Part shown: positions 26,628 to 35,372 of the stretch, in pieces
Position numbering within the stretch: the first letter of the stretch is position 1
Layout of the letters: each line of letters begins with the position of its first letter
Origin: Calditrichota bacterium
Lineage (GTDB): Bacteria; Calditrichota; Calditrichia; JAJRVZ01
Length of the DNA: 49,127 bases
NCBI GenBank assembly: GCA_024277055.1
Contig: JAJRVZ010000063.1
Span: forward strand, 1-49,127
Direction: 5' to 3'
The notes under the pieces: model-generated
Databases searched by the model: none
What the model saw: only the letters and a program-made list of their open reading frames with translations
What the model was told of the DNA's origin: nothing
Position numbers and translations under genes: made by a program

Positions 26628-27751
26628 TGGGTAAAGAAATAATAGATATGCGGGATCTCGCTACGGACCATTCCTTTTTCGGAAAACAAACTTTACTGCT
26701 GGCGGTGAAAAGTTTCGATCTGCAGGCCATCCGCAAGCGTTATCTGGCCTCGCGCAAACGCAGCAAATCGGGCAGCGTCGAGCGGCGTGAACCGGCAAAC
26801 GGAGGGTTGGTCCTGTTGGAAATCGAAAACGGGATAATTATTAAAACGGATATCGTTGCCCGGCTGAAAGAGCCTCGCGGTATTGATATTGGAAGGCGAC
26901 TGGCTGCCGTTTCATCGGAAGATCGAATTTTTGTTTTCAGCAAAAACGGATCGCATCCCGACGAGATTGATTACCAATGGCTTTCCTATATTCATACGGT
27001 GCGCTTCAATGAACACGAATCGCGCTTGCTGGTGTCTTCGTCGGGAGTCGATTCTCTTCTGGAATTCGATTGTGGTTCCGGAGAAATTCTCTGGGAATGG
27101 GATGCCTGGGAAAACGGTTTTGACTGTGGTGAGAATCCGGATACCGGAGAAAAACATTACTTGACCCGTTCCCCGGCAAAAGCAGAAGAGTTGTCCCGGA
27201 AAGGTAAAAAGCCGTTGCTGGTTACCGATCCGAAAAAGGAACCACTGCCCACGGCATTGCGGGCGGCTTTCATGAATTCCGCCGAATACGATACCGATGG
27301 AAATATTCTGACAACGCTGTTTCATCATGGTCAGGTTATGAAAGTTGATTACCGCAGTATGAGTACCGAAGTTCTGGCAGAGGGGTTGGCGAAACCGCAC
27401 GGCGGCATGCCTTTCAGAGACGGTTATCTGGTTACCGACACCGGAGGCGGGAGGGTTGTGCTCAGAAGTAAGAATGGAACTGTCGGTTATGATTTTTCCC
27501 GGTTGCCGGGAAAGGCGGAGGAAGTAAAGGAACTGGAATGGCTACAATTCAGCCGGAATAAAGATTCGATGATCGCCACGCTGGATTCCAACCGCACGGC
27601 AATCGTTTTTTTTGATATCGTTGCCGGGAAAAAAATGATCGTGCCGTATGATCCAAACTGGGCGTTGCAGGAATTTGTATTTGTTACCAAAGACAATACC
27701 GGGTTTGTCGAAATTATGAACAACTGGTTTGTGAAAGCTGAAAAGGAATAA
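26627..27751 (+). CDS. Hypothetical protein, possibly beta-propeller (arylsulfotransferase-like?)
   Basis: 374-aa ORF whose start overlaps the GT4 stop (TAATG). It has no signal peptide. SSSGVDSLLEFDCGSGEILWEWDAW and DGNILTTLFHHGQVMKVD look like propeller blades. The family is not recognised with confidence. Confidence 0.55.
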   Translation: MGKEIIDMRDLATDHSFFGKQTLLLAVKSFDLQAIRKRYLASRKRSKSGSVERREPANGGLVLLEIENGIIIKTDIVARLKEPRGIDIGRRLAAVSSEDRIFVFSKNGSHPDEIDYQWLSYIHTVRFNEHESRLLVSSSGVDSLLEFDCGSGEILWEWDAWENGFDCGENPDTGEKHYLTRSPAKAEELSRKGKKPLLVTDPKKEPLPTALRAAFMNSAEYDTDGNILTTLFHHGQVMKVDYRSMSTEVLAEGLAKPHGGMPFRDGYLVTDTGGGRVVLRSKNGTVGYDFSRLPGKAEEVKELEWLQFSRNKDSMIATLDSNRTAIVFFDIVAGKKMIVPYDPNWALQEFVFVTKDNTGFVEIMNNWFVKAEKE

Positions 27752-27758
27752 AAAACCC

Positions 27759-28397
27759 ATGCGAAAACTACCATTTAAACGGGCGCTGGTGCTGTCATCA
27801 CACACGGATGACATGGAGTTCGGGTGCGGTGCAACCGTTCACCGGCTGATCCGGCAAGGCTGTGAAGTCCATTCCGCTGTTTTCTCCATTTGCGAGGAAT
27901 CGGTGCCGGACGGATTGCCGAAAGATGTGCTTTTACAGGAGATGCATCAGGCGGCAAAGGTGATCGGTATAGACCAAAAGAAGATTATCAGTTTCCGTTA
28001 CCCGGTGAGGAAATTTCCTGCCCACAGACAGGAAATTCTTGAAGACCTGGTACGGTTGGGAAAAGAGATTCAGCCGGACCTGGTGCTGACCCACTGTTCC
28101 GGCGATGTGCATCAGGACCACCAGGTAATGTACCGGGAATCGGTTCGTGCTTTTCGCTATCTTAACTTGTGGGGATACGAACTGCCCTGGAACAATATTT
28201 CTTTCACGGCTTCGGGGATGATCGAAGTGGAACCGGAAAACATAACCGCAAAAGCCGATGCCATTGCCTGTTACAAGTCGCAGGGGTTTCGTCATTATGC
28301 CAGGCATGAATTTTTTGAATCGCACGCCCGGCTGCGCGGCATACAAAACCGCAGTGAATTTGCCGAGGCATTCGAAATAATTCGGGTTTCGCTTTAA
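27759..28397 (+). CDS. PIG-L/LmbE-family deacetylase
   Basis: 212-aa ORF. VLSSHTDDMEFGCGATVHRL matches the (A/S)HPDDE.xG.GG motif. A later HQDH segment also fits the family. Confidence 0.8.
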   Translation: MRKLPFKRALVLSSHTDDMEFGCGATVHRLIRQGCEVHSAVFSICEESVPDGLPKDVLLQEMHQAAKVIGIDQKKIISFRYPVRKFPAHRQEILEDLVRLGKEIQPDLVLTHCSGDVHQDHQVMYRESVRAFRYLNLWGYELPWNNISFTASGMIEVEPENITAKADAIACYKSQGFRHYARHEFFESHARLRGIQNRSEFAEAFEIIRVSL

Positions 28398-28451
28398 ACA
28401 GAAGTTTTGTCGAAAAAAAGTTCATCGTAAACTTTTTAGATTTTCAGGTAA

Positions 28452-29366
28452 ATGAAAACAGTCAGTGTCATATTAACGACCTATAATTCTCAAAATACGG
28501 TAGATCGTGCTTTACGATCGGTCTTTCAGCAGAAAGGAATTGGAAAAGCGTTTAATCTGGAAGTTATAGTAATTGACGATTGTTCTACTGATTCGACCGT
28601 CGACAAACTGAAAAAATATGAAGTAACACTTTTAACAACTGATAAGAACTCCGGGGGACCCAATAAAGGAAGAAATCTCGGTTTGGAAAAGGCGACCGGT
28701 GACTTTATTTGCATAATGGATCACGATGATGAATGGTTGCCGGAAAAAATCAAATCTCAGCTCGGTTTGGCCGATTTGGCCCCGGTAATATCCTGTGGAT
28801 ACAGGATTAAAGGGAAAGAAGCAGATCACAGCATTTTGCGTATTAATAAAACTTCTGATGCGGGCAGCTCAATCATCTACCGGAAAAACGATACCTTTTT
28901 AAAAAAACTGTCGAAAGCAAAGAATGCACAGATAACTTATATTGGAGGATTGTTGTATTCATCAGATTTGAAAGATATTTTCTTTGAAGAGCAATTCGGT
29001 ATGCTGGATTTTGATTGGTTGCTGAAGTTATTTCAACATAGAAATTCAGCTGAAGTATGCAAGCCGTTGTTTATCAGACATATTGATAATATGAATTTGT
29101 CATTGAATGAAGTATATAGAAAGAATGATTACAATTTTTCAAACAGGATATTGAACGATTACGAAGATCAATATCCCAGGGAAGTAAAAATGGCTAGAAA
29201 AAGACTGAATGGAAGTTTAGCGCGCTATTATTATTATACTGAAAAGATGAAATATGCGAGGTCATATTTTTTGAATTCCGGCGTGAATATTAAAAACGTG
29301 TTATACTTTTTAACTTCATATGCCGGTTACAAATTCGTAAACAAACACTTTAGGGTTTTTGGCTGA
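28452..29366 (+). CDS. Family-2 glycosyltransferase
   Basis: 304-aa ORF with VSVILTTYNSQNTVDRALRSVFQQ, VIVIDDCSTDST and MDHDDEW (DxD). Confidence 0.85.
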   Translation: MKTVSVILTTYNSQNTVDRALRSVFQQKGIGKAFNLEVIVIDDCSTDSTVDKLKKYEVTLLTTDKNSGGPNKGRNLGLEKATGDFICIMDHDDEWLPEKIKSQLGLADLAPVISCGYRIKGKEADHSILRINKTSDAGSSIIYRKNDTFLKKLSKAKNAQITYIGGLLYSSDLKDIFFEEQFGMLDFDWLLKLFQHRNSAEVCKPLFIRHIDNMNLSLNEVYRKNDYNFSNRILNDYEDQYPREVKMARKRLNGSLARYYYYTEKMKYARSYFLNSGVNIKNVLYFLTSYAGYKFVNKHFRVFG

Positions 29367-29368
29367 TT

Positions 29369-30049
29369 ATGGATAGATTGAAAACAAAGCTTAATATTGG
29401 TGCGGGCAGGTCGTATATTCCCGGATTTATAAATATTGATATTTCTGAAAGGGCTGATATTTCTCTTAATTTAAGTAATGACAAATTGCCTTTTGAAGAT
29501 GATTCGGTTGATTTGGTGTTCAGTTACCATACCCTTGAACATGTGCCGGATTATATCTTTGCTTTAAGTGAAATCCATCGGGTATTAAAAGATGGCGGAG
29601 TATTTTTACTTGGAGTTCCTTATGTAACGCTTACGAAATATAATCTGGTGAATCCCTATCATTTGCACAATTTTAATGAATACTCTTTTGATTTTTTTGA
29701 TCCATTGAAAATACATGGGAGCGCCGTGGAAGAAAACGACCTTTTTTTTCAAAAAATTTATCACAAGTTTTATTATATGGGCATATTTAAAGTCCTTCCG
29801 TTTCCGGTTAACAAATGGTGCCGTAATCATTTGTTTAATGTTGTTAAAAAAATAGATTTTGGTTTGATCGCCATAAAAACCCCCGAGAAAAATATTTCAT
29901 TCGGATTCACCAAAAGCGATTTGAAAAGACTTTTTAAATCCTGCCAACGTGCCAGAGTTCCATATGTGAAGGATAGTGAAATCCGGAACAAGAATATGGT
30001 TAAAAAAATAATCAGACAAACACAAAGATGGTGGAAAGGTGAAATATAA
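29369..30049 (+). CDS. Class I SAM-dependent methyltransferase
   Basis: 226-aa ORF with LNIGAGRSYIPGFINID (motif I), DSVDLVFSYHTLEHV and LKDGGVFLLGVP (Methyltransf_11-like). Confidence 0.8.
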   Translation: MDRLKTKLNIGAGRSYIPGFINIDISERADISLNLSNDKLPFEDDSVDLVFSYHTLEHVPDYIFALSEIHRVLKDGGVFLLGVPYVTLTKYNLVNPYHLHNFNEYSFDFFDPLKIHGSAVEENDLFFQKIYHKFYYMGIFKVLPFPVNKWCRNHLFNVVKKIDFGLIAIKTPEKNISFGFTKSDLKRLFKSCQRARVPYVKDSEIRNKNMVKKIIRQTQRWWKGEI

Positions 30050-30695
30050 GATGAATAAATCCGGACAGAGTGAAGTACATGAACTTTCAAAACTACTTTT
30101 AATATTGGGATGTCAGCGATCAGGTACGACACTTTTGGCAAGTATGCTCGGCAGACATTCTGAAATAAACATGCTTTTCGAATCAACGTCAACAGATGTT
30201 TTATCCCTTATCGGAAAGAAGTACAGAGGAAACAAATTGTGTGTTTGGCGGCAAATTCGTTTTGATCAAAAAGCTTCATTCTATGGCCATTTATTGAACC
30301 GCATTGTAAACTTGCATTTTCTGAATTCAAAAAAATATCACCGAATCCGTGTTCGCCCTACATCCGTATTCAGTATAGAAGATTACCTTGATCGTGGTGC
30401 AGTTCTGATAACGATTAGTCGGGATAAAGAAGCTGTTGTTAAAAGCATGGTTAATCGTACTCCCCTTTCTGAAAAGCAAGCCGTTAAAGAGTGGGAAAAG
30501 GCAGAAGAAATTCTTCAGGAAGCTAACAGACGAGGAGCGATCAATATACAGTTTAATGACCTGGTAAGAACGCCGGAAAAAGCTATGAAATTTCTGTGCA
30601 AAAAGTTGAATCTGGAATTTGAGCGGAAAATGCTGGAAGGCTCTAAATATAATATAATCTATCCCCGGAATAAAATTATTCGGGAAAAAATTTAA
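30039..30695 (+). CDS. PAPS-type sulfotransferase
   Basis: 218-aa ORF with the 5'-PSB loop LGCQRSGTTLLASML and a 3'-PB-like segment ISRDKEAVVKS. It overlaps the methyltransferase by 11 nt. Confidence 0.75.
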   Translation: MKYKMNKSGQSEVHELSKLLLILGCQRSGTTLLASMLGRHSEINMLFESTSTDVLSLIGKKYRGNKLCVWRQIRFDQKASFYGHLLNRIVNLHFLNSKKYHRIRVRPTSVFSIEDYLDRGAVLITISRDKEAVVKSMVNRTPLSEKQAVKEWEKAEEILQEANRRGAINIQFNDLVRTPEKAMKFLCKKLNLEFERKMLEGSKYNIIYPRNKIIREKI

Positions 30696-30852
30696 CCCGG
30701 TTGTTCTCTTTTGCAATTTGAGCATTCCACAACTATATGCAAATCGCCGGATAGTCTGAAATGAACCTCGAACTTCGTTGTTTTGAACACGCGAACGGTT
30801 GGCCTGATTACTGAACACAGTGATTTTATAAATCGCTATATTCAGAATTCAG

Positions 30853-31255
30853 GTGTTTAAAATAAATTCAAAATTCATTGTATTTATAGTGTATTGTTTG
30901 TCTTTTCTATATTGTTCACGGGTTGCAGGAATACTAATTCAGCTGACGATTCTGATTCGCCGGTTCCATTCTCCGTTCAGCTGAACCGGCAATGGTGGCA
31001 TTCATTACCGGAGAACCGATACGAACCGGTTTTGATCCTGTTGTTCGTGAATTTGAAATCGATGATAATTCGGCTGCAACAGATTTCGGAAATGTTATGG
31101 CAGAATTATGGCACCTTTCTGTTACCGCTTTCGATTCAGGACAAACTACTTTATTTTATGGAGAAACAGATGTGAATATTCAGCCGGGAATAATGAATGA
31201 AGTACATTTACATCCGCATCCACTTAGCGGTGGATTAATCGCCAATCCAAAATAA
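30853..31255 (+). pseudogene. Small lipoprotein gene that appears split over two or three reading frames
   Basis: Frame starting at GTG 30853: MFKINSKFIVFIVYCLSF... Frame of the track ORF 30894: ...SILFTGC/RNTNSADDSDSPVPFSVQL (lipobox). Frame of the track ORF 30992, open from 30956: ...MVAFITGEPIRTGFDPVVREFEIDDNSAATDFGNVMAELWHLSVTAFDSGQTTLFYGETDVNIQPGIMNEVHLHPHPL (beta-sandwich-like). The downstream part of frame 30894 looks non-protein-like. Confidence 0.3.
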
Positions 31256-31276
31256 TATGGATTTTAAGATTTAAAT

Positions 31277-31310
31277 AAAAAGGGCTGTCAGGAATTTAAC
31301 AGCCCTTTTT
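31277..31310. terminator. Bidirectional intrinsic terminator
   Basis: AAAAAGGGCTGT-caggaattta-ACAGCCCTTTTT lies between convergent genes. Confidence 0.8.
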
Positions 31311-31329
31311 AATTGAAGCCAGAGTATGT

Positions 31330-31776
31330 TTATTTTTCTTCGTCAGTTTCATTTTTCAGTTGTTTGAGGATACTCATTCTTTCGTTGATCTCCTGCTCCA
31401 GAATTTCTATCTTCTTTTGCATCTTATCCTGTTCCTTGCTTTTCAGTATTTCCTGATTCTCGGCTACCAATTCGTCAATTTGCTTCTGTTTGGTCTCAAT
31501 TTGTCCGTACAGGTCCTGAATCTCCTCGACCACCAGCTTGATCGCCGGATTATTTTTCAGCGCTTCAACATCATTTTTTATCAGGTGATTGTAAACAGCA
31601 TCACCTAATACGGTCAGTTTTTTCTCCACACTTACGGTAATCTGACGGATTTCAAATTTCAATTTGCTTATCTTACCGAAATCTTCCGCCTTGTCGATAA
31701 TATTGGTGGCGCTGTCTCTGAATACATCATAGCTTTCCTCCAGCGTCTTTTTTATTTTTTCCAGCGTGTTTATCAT
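31330..31776 (-). CDS. Coiled-coil protein of unknown function
   Basis: 148-aa ORF with GGAGGAAACAGAC upstream of the ATG. It is heptad-rich and K/E/Q-rich throughout, with no TM helix or signal peptide. Confidence 0.6.
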   Translation of the reverse strand: MINTLEKIKKTLEESYDVFRDSATNIIDKAEDFGKISKLKFEIRQITVSVEKKLTVLGDAVYNHLIKNDVEALKNNPAIKLVVEEIQDLYGQIETKQKQIDELVAENQEILKSKEQDKMQKKIEILEQEINERMSILKQLKNETDEEK

Positions 31777-32006
31777 GTCTGTTTCCTCCGAATTTTAAAA
31801 CAGGTAATTGATTGATACCGTGTTATACGATTAAATGTACGGAAATATTCACAGAATCAGAAAAATATATCAGCACTCGATTTGGTTTTCAACAAATGCC
31901 TATCGGGGCGTAGTATAATTTTAGCGAAATTTCCTGCATTCCGGCGATAAAATGCCGATTACTGTTTAACTGTTAATCAGGGGACATATTGCCAGAAGGA
32001 AGGCCC

Positions 32007-33800
32007 ATGGCTTCAAAGAAAACCATTTTACTCGTGGAAGACGAGGAACCGATATTATTCTCCGTTCAGCGTATACTCGAACTGACCGGGGATTATGAAA
32101 TAATCACTTCAACCAATGGCAGCGATGCTCTGAAAAAAATTTCCAACATCATTCCCGATTTGATTATTTCCGATATTGCCATGCCGGGTATGGACGGCAT
32201 AGAATTGTGTAAAACCATCCGGAAATCAGAAATTTCCAGCAGCATACCCTTTATTTTCCTTACCGGCAAAAGAGACCGGCTTCTCGAGGGAATTCAAAGC
32301 GGCAGTGATGACTATCTGACCAAACCATTTCAGGTGGATGAACTGATAGCCAAAATAAAAGCCATGTTCAAACGGATCGAACGAACGAAGGAACAGGCCC
32401 GTCTGCAAAAGGGGAATATCGCCGACTATTCCGTTGATGAATTGTTGCGCATCTGTACCTCACAGGCCTTCAGCGGGGAACTGGTTTTGCAGAGCGCCGG
32501 CAATGAAGCGACACTGGAATTGGAGAAAGGCGATATTGCCAGGATTTCGTATAAAGAATACAGTGAGGATAAAGCGCTGGATGAAATACGAAAATGGCAG
32601 GACGGCACTTTTATCATGAAACCGAAAACCATCCGTATCCGTACATCGGTCAGCAATGAGAAACCGCAGCCCGATGAGGCAGGACTGAATCTTGACAAGG
32701 CGGTTCAGATCGGGGATGACACCTGGTGGGTGGGGTATCGTAATCCTGAAACCCTGTTACAGATCAATGTATATCTGCGCCAGTTCAAAAACGGTACGCA
32801 GGTAATTAATTATCTGATCGATCCGGGATCGCCGGTCGATTTTCCGGTGATAACAAAAAAAATCAGTTCCGTTATCGGCGACCTTTCCAGTCTGCACATC
32901 TACAGTATTAATCACCAGGACCCCGACGTGGGTATGAATTCCATATTCATTAAAAATATCAATCCCAAAGCCATTTGCATGACGACAGAAGATAACTGGC
33001 GCCTGGTATCCCATTACGAAATCAATCCTAAAAGCGTAAAACTGATCAATGAGCTGAAAGACTGGCGGGTACGATTGGCAACCCGTCATGAGCTGATTTA
33101 CATTCCCTCACCGTTTTGTCATTTCAAAGGAGCCTTTTTAACCTACGATCCCAAAACCCGCATCCTGTTTACAGGTGATCTGTTCGGAGGCATATCCAAC
33201 AGCGAGCAAACATTCACCCTGTGGGCGCAGAAAAACAACTGGGACGGAATAATGGCCTTTCACCAACTTTACATGCCGACCAGGAAGGCGATCCGATATA
33301 CCCTGGACCTGATCAGGAAGTTACAGCCGCAGCCGCTGGTAATAGCGCCGCAGCATGGCAATATCATTCGCGGCGAATTGATACAGGAATTCATGGATCG
33401 ATTATACGATTTGCCGGTTGGTGCCGATCTGCTGGATACGGCGGTAATCCCCGAGATACGAAGTCGGTATACAGATGCTTTGAATGAGATTATCAATTTT
33501 GCCGAAAACCAGAAATCGAACGAAAAAGTAGCGGAAAAACTGCATGCTGACAAACAGTTGCTTTCGATGATGAAATTCGAGCGCAACAAAGTCAAAGAAA
33601 TCAAGGCCCAGCCGGAAAAGGCCATTACCCGCCTCGTGATGGTTTTAATCCGTAACGAATCCCAGGCGGAAATCGCTCAGCTGAAATCGGTGGCGTTAAA
33701 AGCGACCGTTACCCGAAACCTGCCTGCACCGGCCCTCGACTGGGAAAGCACACAGACGGTTGCCCTGGACCCGGATCATGTATTGAGCCATCAGGAATAG
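32007..33800 (+). CDS. Response regulator: REC + DUF4388 (PATAN-like) + flavodiiron/ODP-like metallo-beta-lactamase-fold domain + helical tail
   Basis: The ORF is 31989..33800, and I prefer ATG 32007 after GAAGGAAGG. REC region: ILLVEDEEPI...LIISDIAMPGMDG...FIFLTGK...DDYLTKPF. DUF4388 region: SGELVLQSAGNEATLELEKGDIARISY...ALDEIRKWQDGTFIM. MBL-like region: WWVGYRN...INYLIDPGSP...YSINHQDPDVGMN...ILFTGDLFGG. Confidence 0.8.
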   Translation: MASKKTILLVEDEEPILFSVQRILELTGDYEIITSTNGSDALKKISNIIPDLIISDIAMPGMDGIELCKTIRKSEISSSIPFIFLTGKRDRLLEGIQSGSDDYLTKPFQVDELIAKIKAMFKRIERTKEQARLQKGNIADYSVDELLRICTSQAFSGELVLQSAGNEATLELEKGDIARISYKEYSEDKALDEIRKWQDGTFIMKPKTIRIRTSVSNEKPQPDEAGLNLDKAVQIGDDTWWVGYRNPETLLQINVYLRQFKNGTQVINYLIDPGSPVDFPVITKKISSVIGDLSSLHIYSINHQDPDVGMNSIFIKNINPKAICMTTEDNWRLVSHYEINPKSVKLINELKDWRVRLATRHELIYIPSPFCHFKGAFLTYDPKTRILFTGDLFGGISNSEQTFTLWAQKNNWDGIMAFHQLYMPTRKAIRYTLDLIRKLQPQPLVIAPQHGNIIRGELIQEFMDRLYDLPVGADLLDTAVIPEIRSRYTDALNEIINFAENQKSNEKVAEKLHADKQLLSMMKFERNKVKEIKAQPEKAITRLVMVLIRNESQAEIAQLKSVALKATVTRNLPAPALDWESTQTVALDPDHVLSHQE

Positions 33801-33915
33801 TGGATTACAATTATTTTAAATTTCAATCATATTTCTTTTTCAATTTGAAAATACCTGAATTTTTTATAAGCTGGCTGCGTTCAATAAAAGAATGTTAAAT
33901 TAGCGGAAAACGAAA

Positions 33916-34347
33916 ATGTCATTAAAGCGGGTGTTAATCACTAAAAAATTCGAGTTCTCGGCCAGCCATCGTTACTGGCGGGAAGAGTGGAGTGAAGAAA
34001 AAAACAATGAGGTGTTCGGTCTGTGCACCAGTCCTTACGGACACGGACACAATTACGAACTGCATGTTTCCGTTACCGGTGCCATTGATCCCAAAACGGG
34101 TATGATCATCAATTTGTCGGATCTTAAAAAGTATGTGAATAAGGTAGTGCGGGAATTTGACCATAAATACCTCAATGTCGATACGCCCTATTTCATGGAA
34201 AGTATCCCGACGACGGAAAATATCGCGGGCGTACTGTTTCGGCGAATTGACGAAGAACTGCGCGATAAAGGCGATTTCAGGTTGCAACGCATACGGCTTT
34301 ACGAGCGAAAGGATCTGTATGTCGACGTCTGGCGGGAGGATAAATGA
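33916..34347 (+). CDS. 6-pyruvoyl-tetrahydropterin synthase family protein (eukaryote-type Cys-x5-HGH motif), paralog 1
   Basis: 143-aa ORF with FEFSASHRY, LCTSPYGHGHNYELHVSVTGAIDPKTGMIINLSDLKKYV and DHKYLNVDTPYF...TTENIA. Confidence 0.85.
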   Translation: MSLKRVLITKKFEFSASHRYWREEWSEEKNNEVFGLCTSPYGHGHNYELHVSVTGAIDPKTGMIINLSDLKKYVNKVVREFDHKYLNVDTPYFMESIPTTENIAGVLFRRIDEELRDKGDFRLQRIRLYERKDLYVDVWREDK

Positions 34348-34760
34348 ATCTGAAAACAAGCTTCAGCCGTGTTTATTCTTTCAGTGCTGCACACCGCCTG
34401 CATTCATCTCTGCTGAGTGATGAGCAGAATATCAACGTTTATGAAAAGTGCAACAATCCCAGCGGACACGGCCATGATTATTTCCTGGAGGTATCGCTGG
34501 TTGGTGAGCCGGACAAAAAAACTGGAATGATTTTTTCTCTTTCGGAAATGGACAGAAAAATCAATGAATTTCTGCTCCGGCTGGAACACAAGCATCTGGA
34601 TTACGAAGTACCTTATTTCAAAGAGCATATCTCAACCGGTGAAAATATTGTCCGGTATTTATGGAATGAACTGTCTGAATTATTCCCGCCAGACATGCTG
34701 TATCATATTAAATTGTGGGAAACCAACAACAATTATTTTGAATGTGGTGTGGATGTCTGA
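34344..34760 (+). CDS. 6-pyruvoyl-tetrahydropterin synthase family protein, paralog 2
   Basis: 138-aa ORF. YSFSAAHRL, KCNNPSGHGHDYFLEVSLVGEPDKKTGMIFSLSEM, EHKHLDYEVPYF and KLWETNNNYFEC closely track the mammalian PTPS sequence as I recall it (CNNPNGHGHNY ... KVYETDNNIVVY). It overlaps paralog 1 by 4 nt. Confidence 0.85.
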   Translation: MNLKTSFSRVYSFSAAHRLHSSLLSDEQNINVYEKCNNPSGHGHDYFLEVSLVGEPDKKTGMIFSLSEMDRKINEFLLRLEHKHLDYEVPYFKEHISTGENIVRYLWNELSELFPPDMLYHIKLWETNNNYFECGVDV

Positions 34761-34805
34761 GAAATTTGAATGTAATTTTACCGAACGACTGTATTGGAGT
34801 AATAA

Positions 34806-35372
34806 ATGAAAGAACTGGAAACAGCAATAAAAAAAGTGTTACACGAAATCGGAGAAGACCCCGACCGGCAGGGTTTGCAGCGCACGCCGCACCGGGTGGC
34901 AAAAATGTACAGGGAATTAACCCGCGGATACGAGCAATCGCCGGAGACCCTTATTAACGGCGCCATGTTCGATGTAAAATATGATGAGATGGTGACGGTC
35001 ACCAACATTGAATATTACAGTCTGTGCGAGCACCACATGTTGCCTTTTTTCGGCGTAGTGCATGTCGGGTATATTCCCAACGGCAAGGTGGTAGGGTTAA
35101 GTAAAATCCCGCGTATTGTAGATATGTTCGCCCGCAGGTTGCAGGTGCAGGAAAATATGACCCGGCAAATCGCCGATGTTCTGAAAGAACAGCTGAACCC
35201 ACAGGGTGTCGGCGTGGTGGTCGAAGGGTATCACATGTGCATGATGATGCGCGGCGTACAGAAAGACCGTGCCAAAATGATAACATCGACCATGCTCGGT
35301 GTTTTCAAGAGGGATGAAAAAACCCGTTCGGAATTTCTTCATTTAATAAGGAGTGAACCAAGTGCTTTCTGA
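34806..35372 (+). CDS. folE: GTP cyclohydrolase I
   Basis: 188-aa ORF with [55 protein letters not shown] and [11 protein letters not shown]. Confidence 0.92.
   Translation: MKELETAIKKVLHEIGEDPDRQGLQRTPHRVAKMYRELTRGYEQSPETLINGAMFDVKYDEMVTVTNIEYYSLCEHHMLPFFGVVHVGYIPNGKVVGLSKIPRIVDMFARRLQVQENMTRQIADVLKEQLNPQGVGVVVEGYHMCMMMRGVQKDRAKMITSTMLGVFKRDEKTRSEFLHLIRSEPSAF

Noticed and set aside
31888-31919. A possible sigma-70 promoter (TATAAT at 31914-31919) for the response-regulator gene
   Set aside because: The -10 hexamer is perfect, but no acceptable -35 lies at 16-18 nt spacing (TTCAAC is 20 nt away). That is too weak to annotate without transcription start site data.
33934-34359. A 141-aa minus-strand ORF antisense to the first PTPS gene. 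Similar antisense ORFs occur at 36953-37348, 37405-37926, 45872-46345 and 3538-4062.
   Set aside because: In every case the opposite strand encodes a protein with unmistakable family motifs. The antisense products show no motifs or plausible starts.
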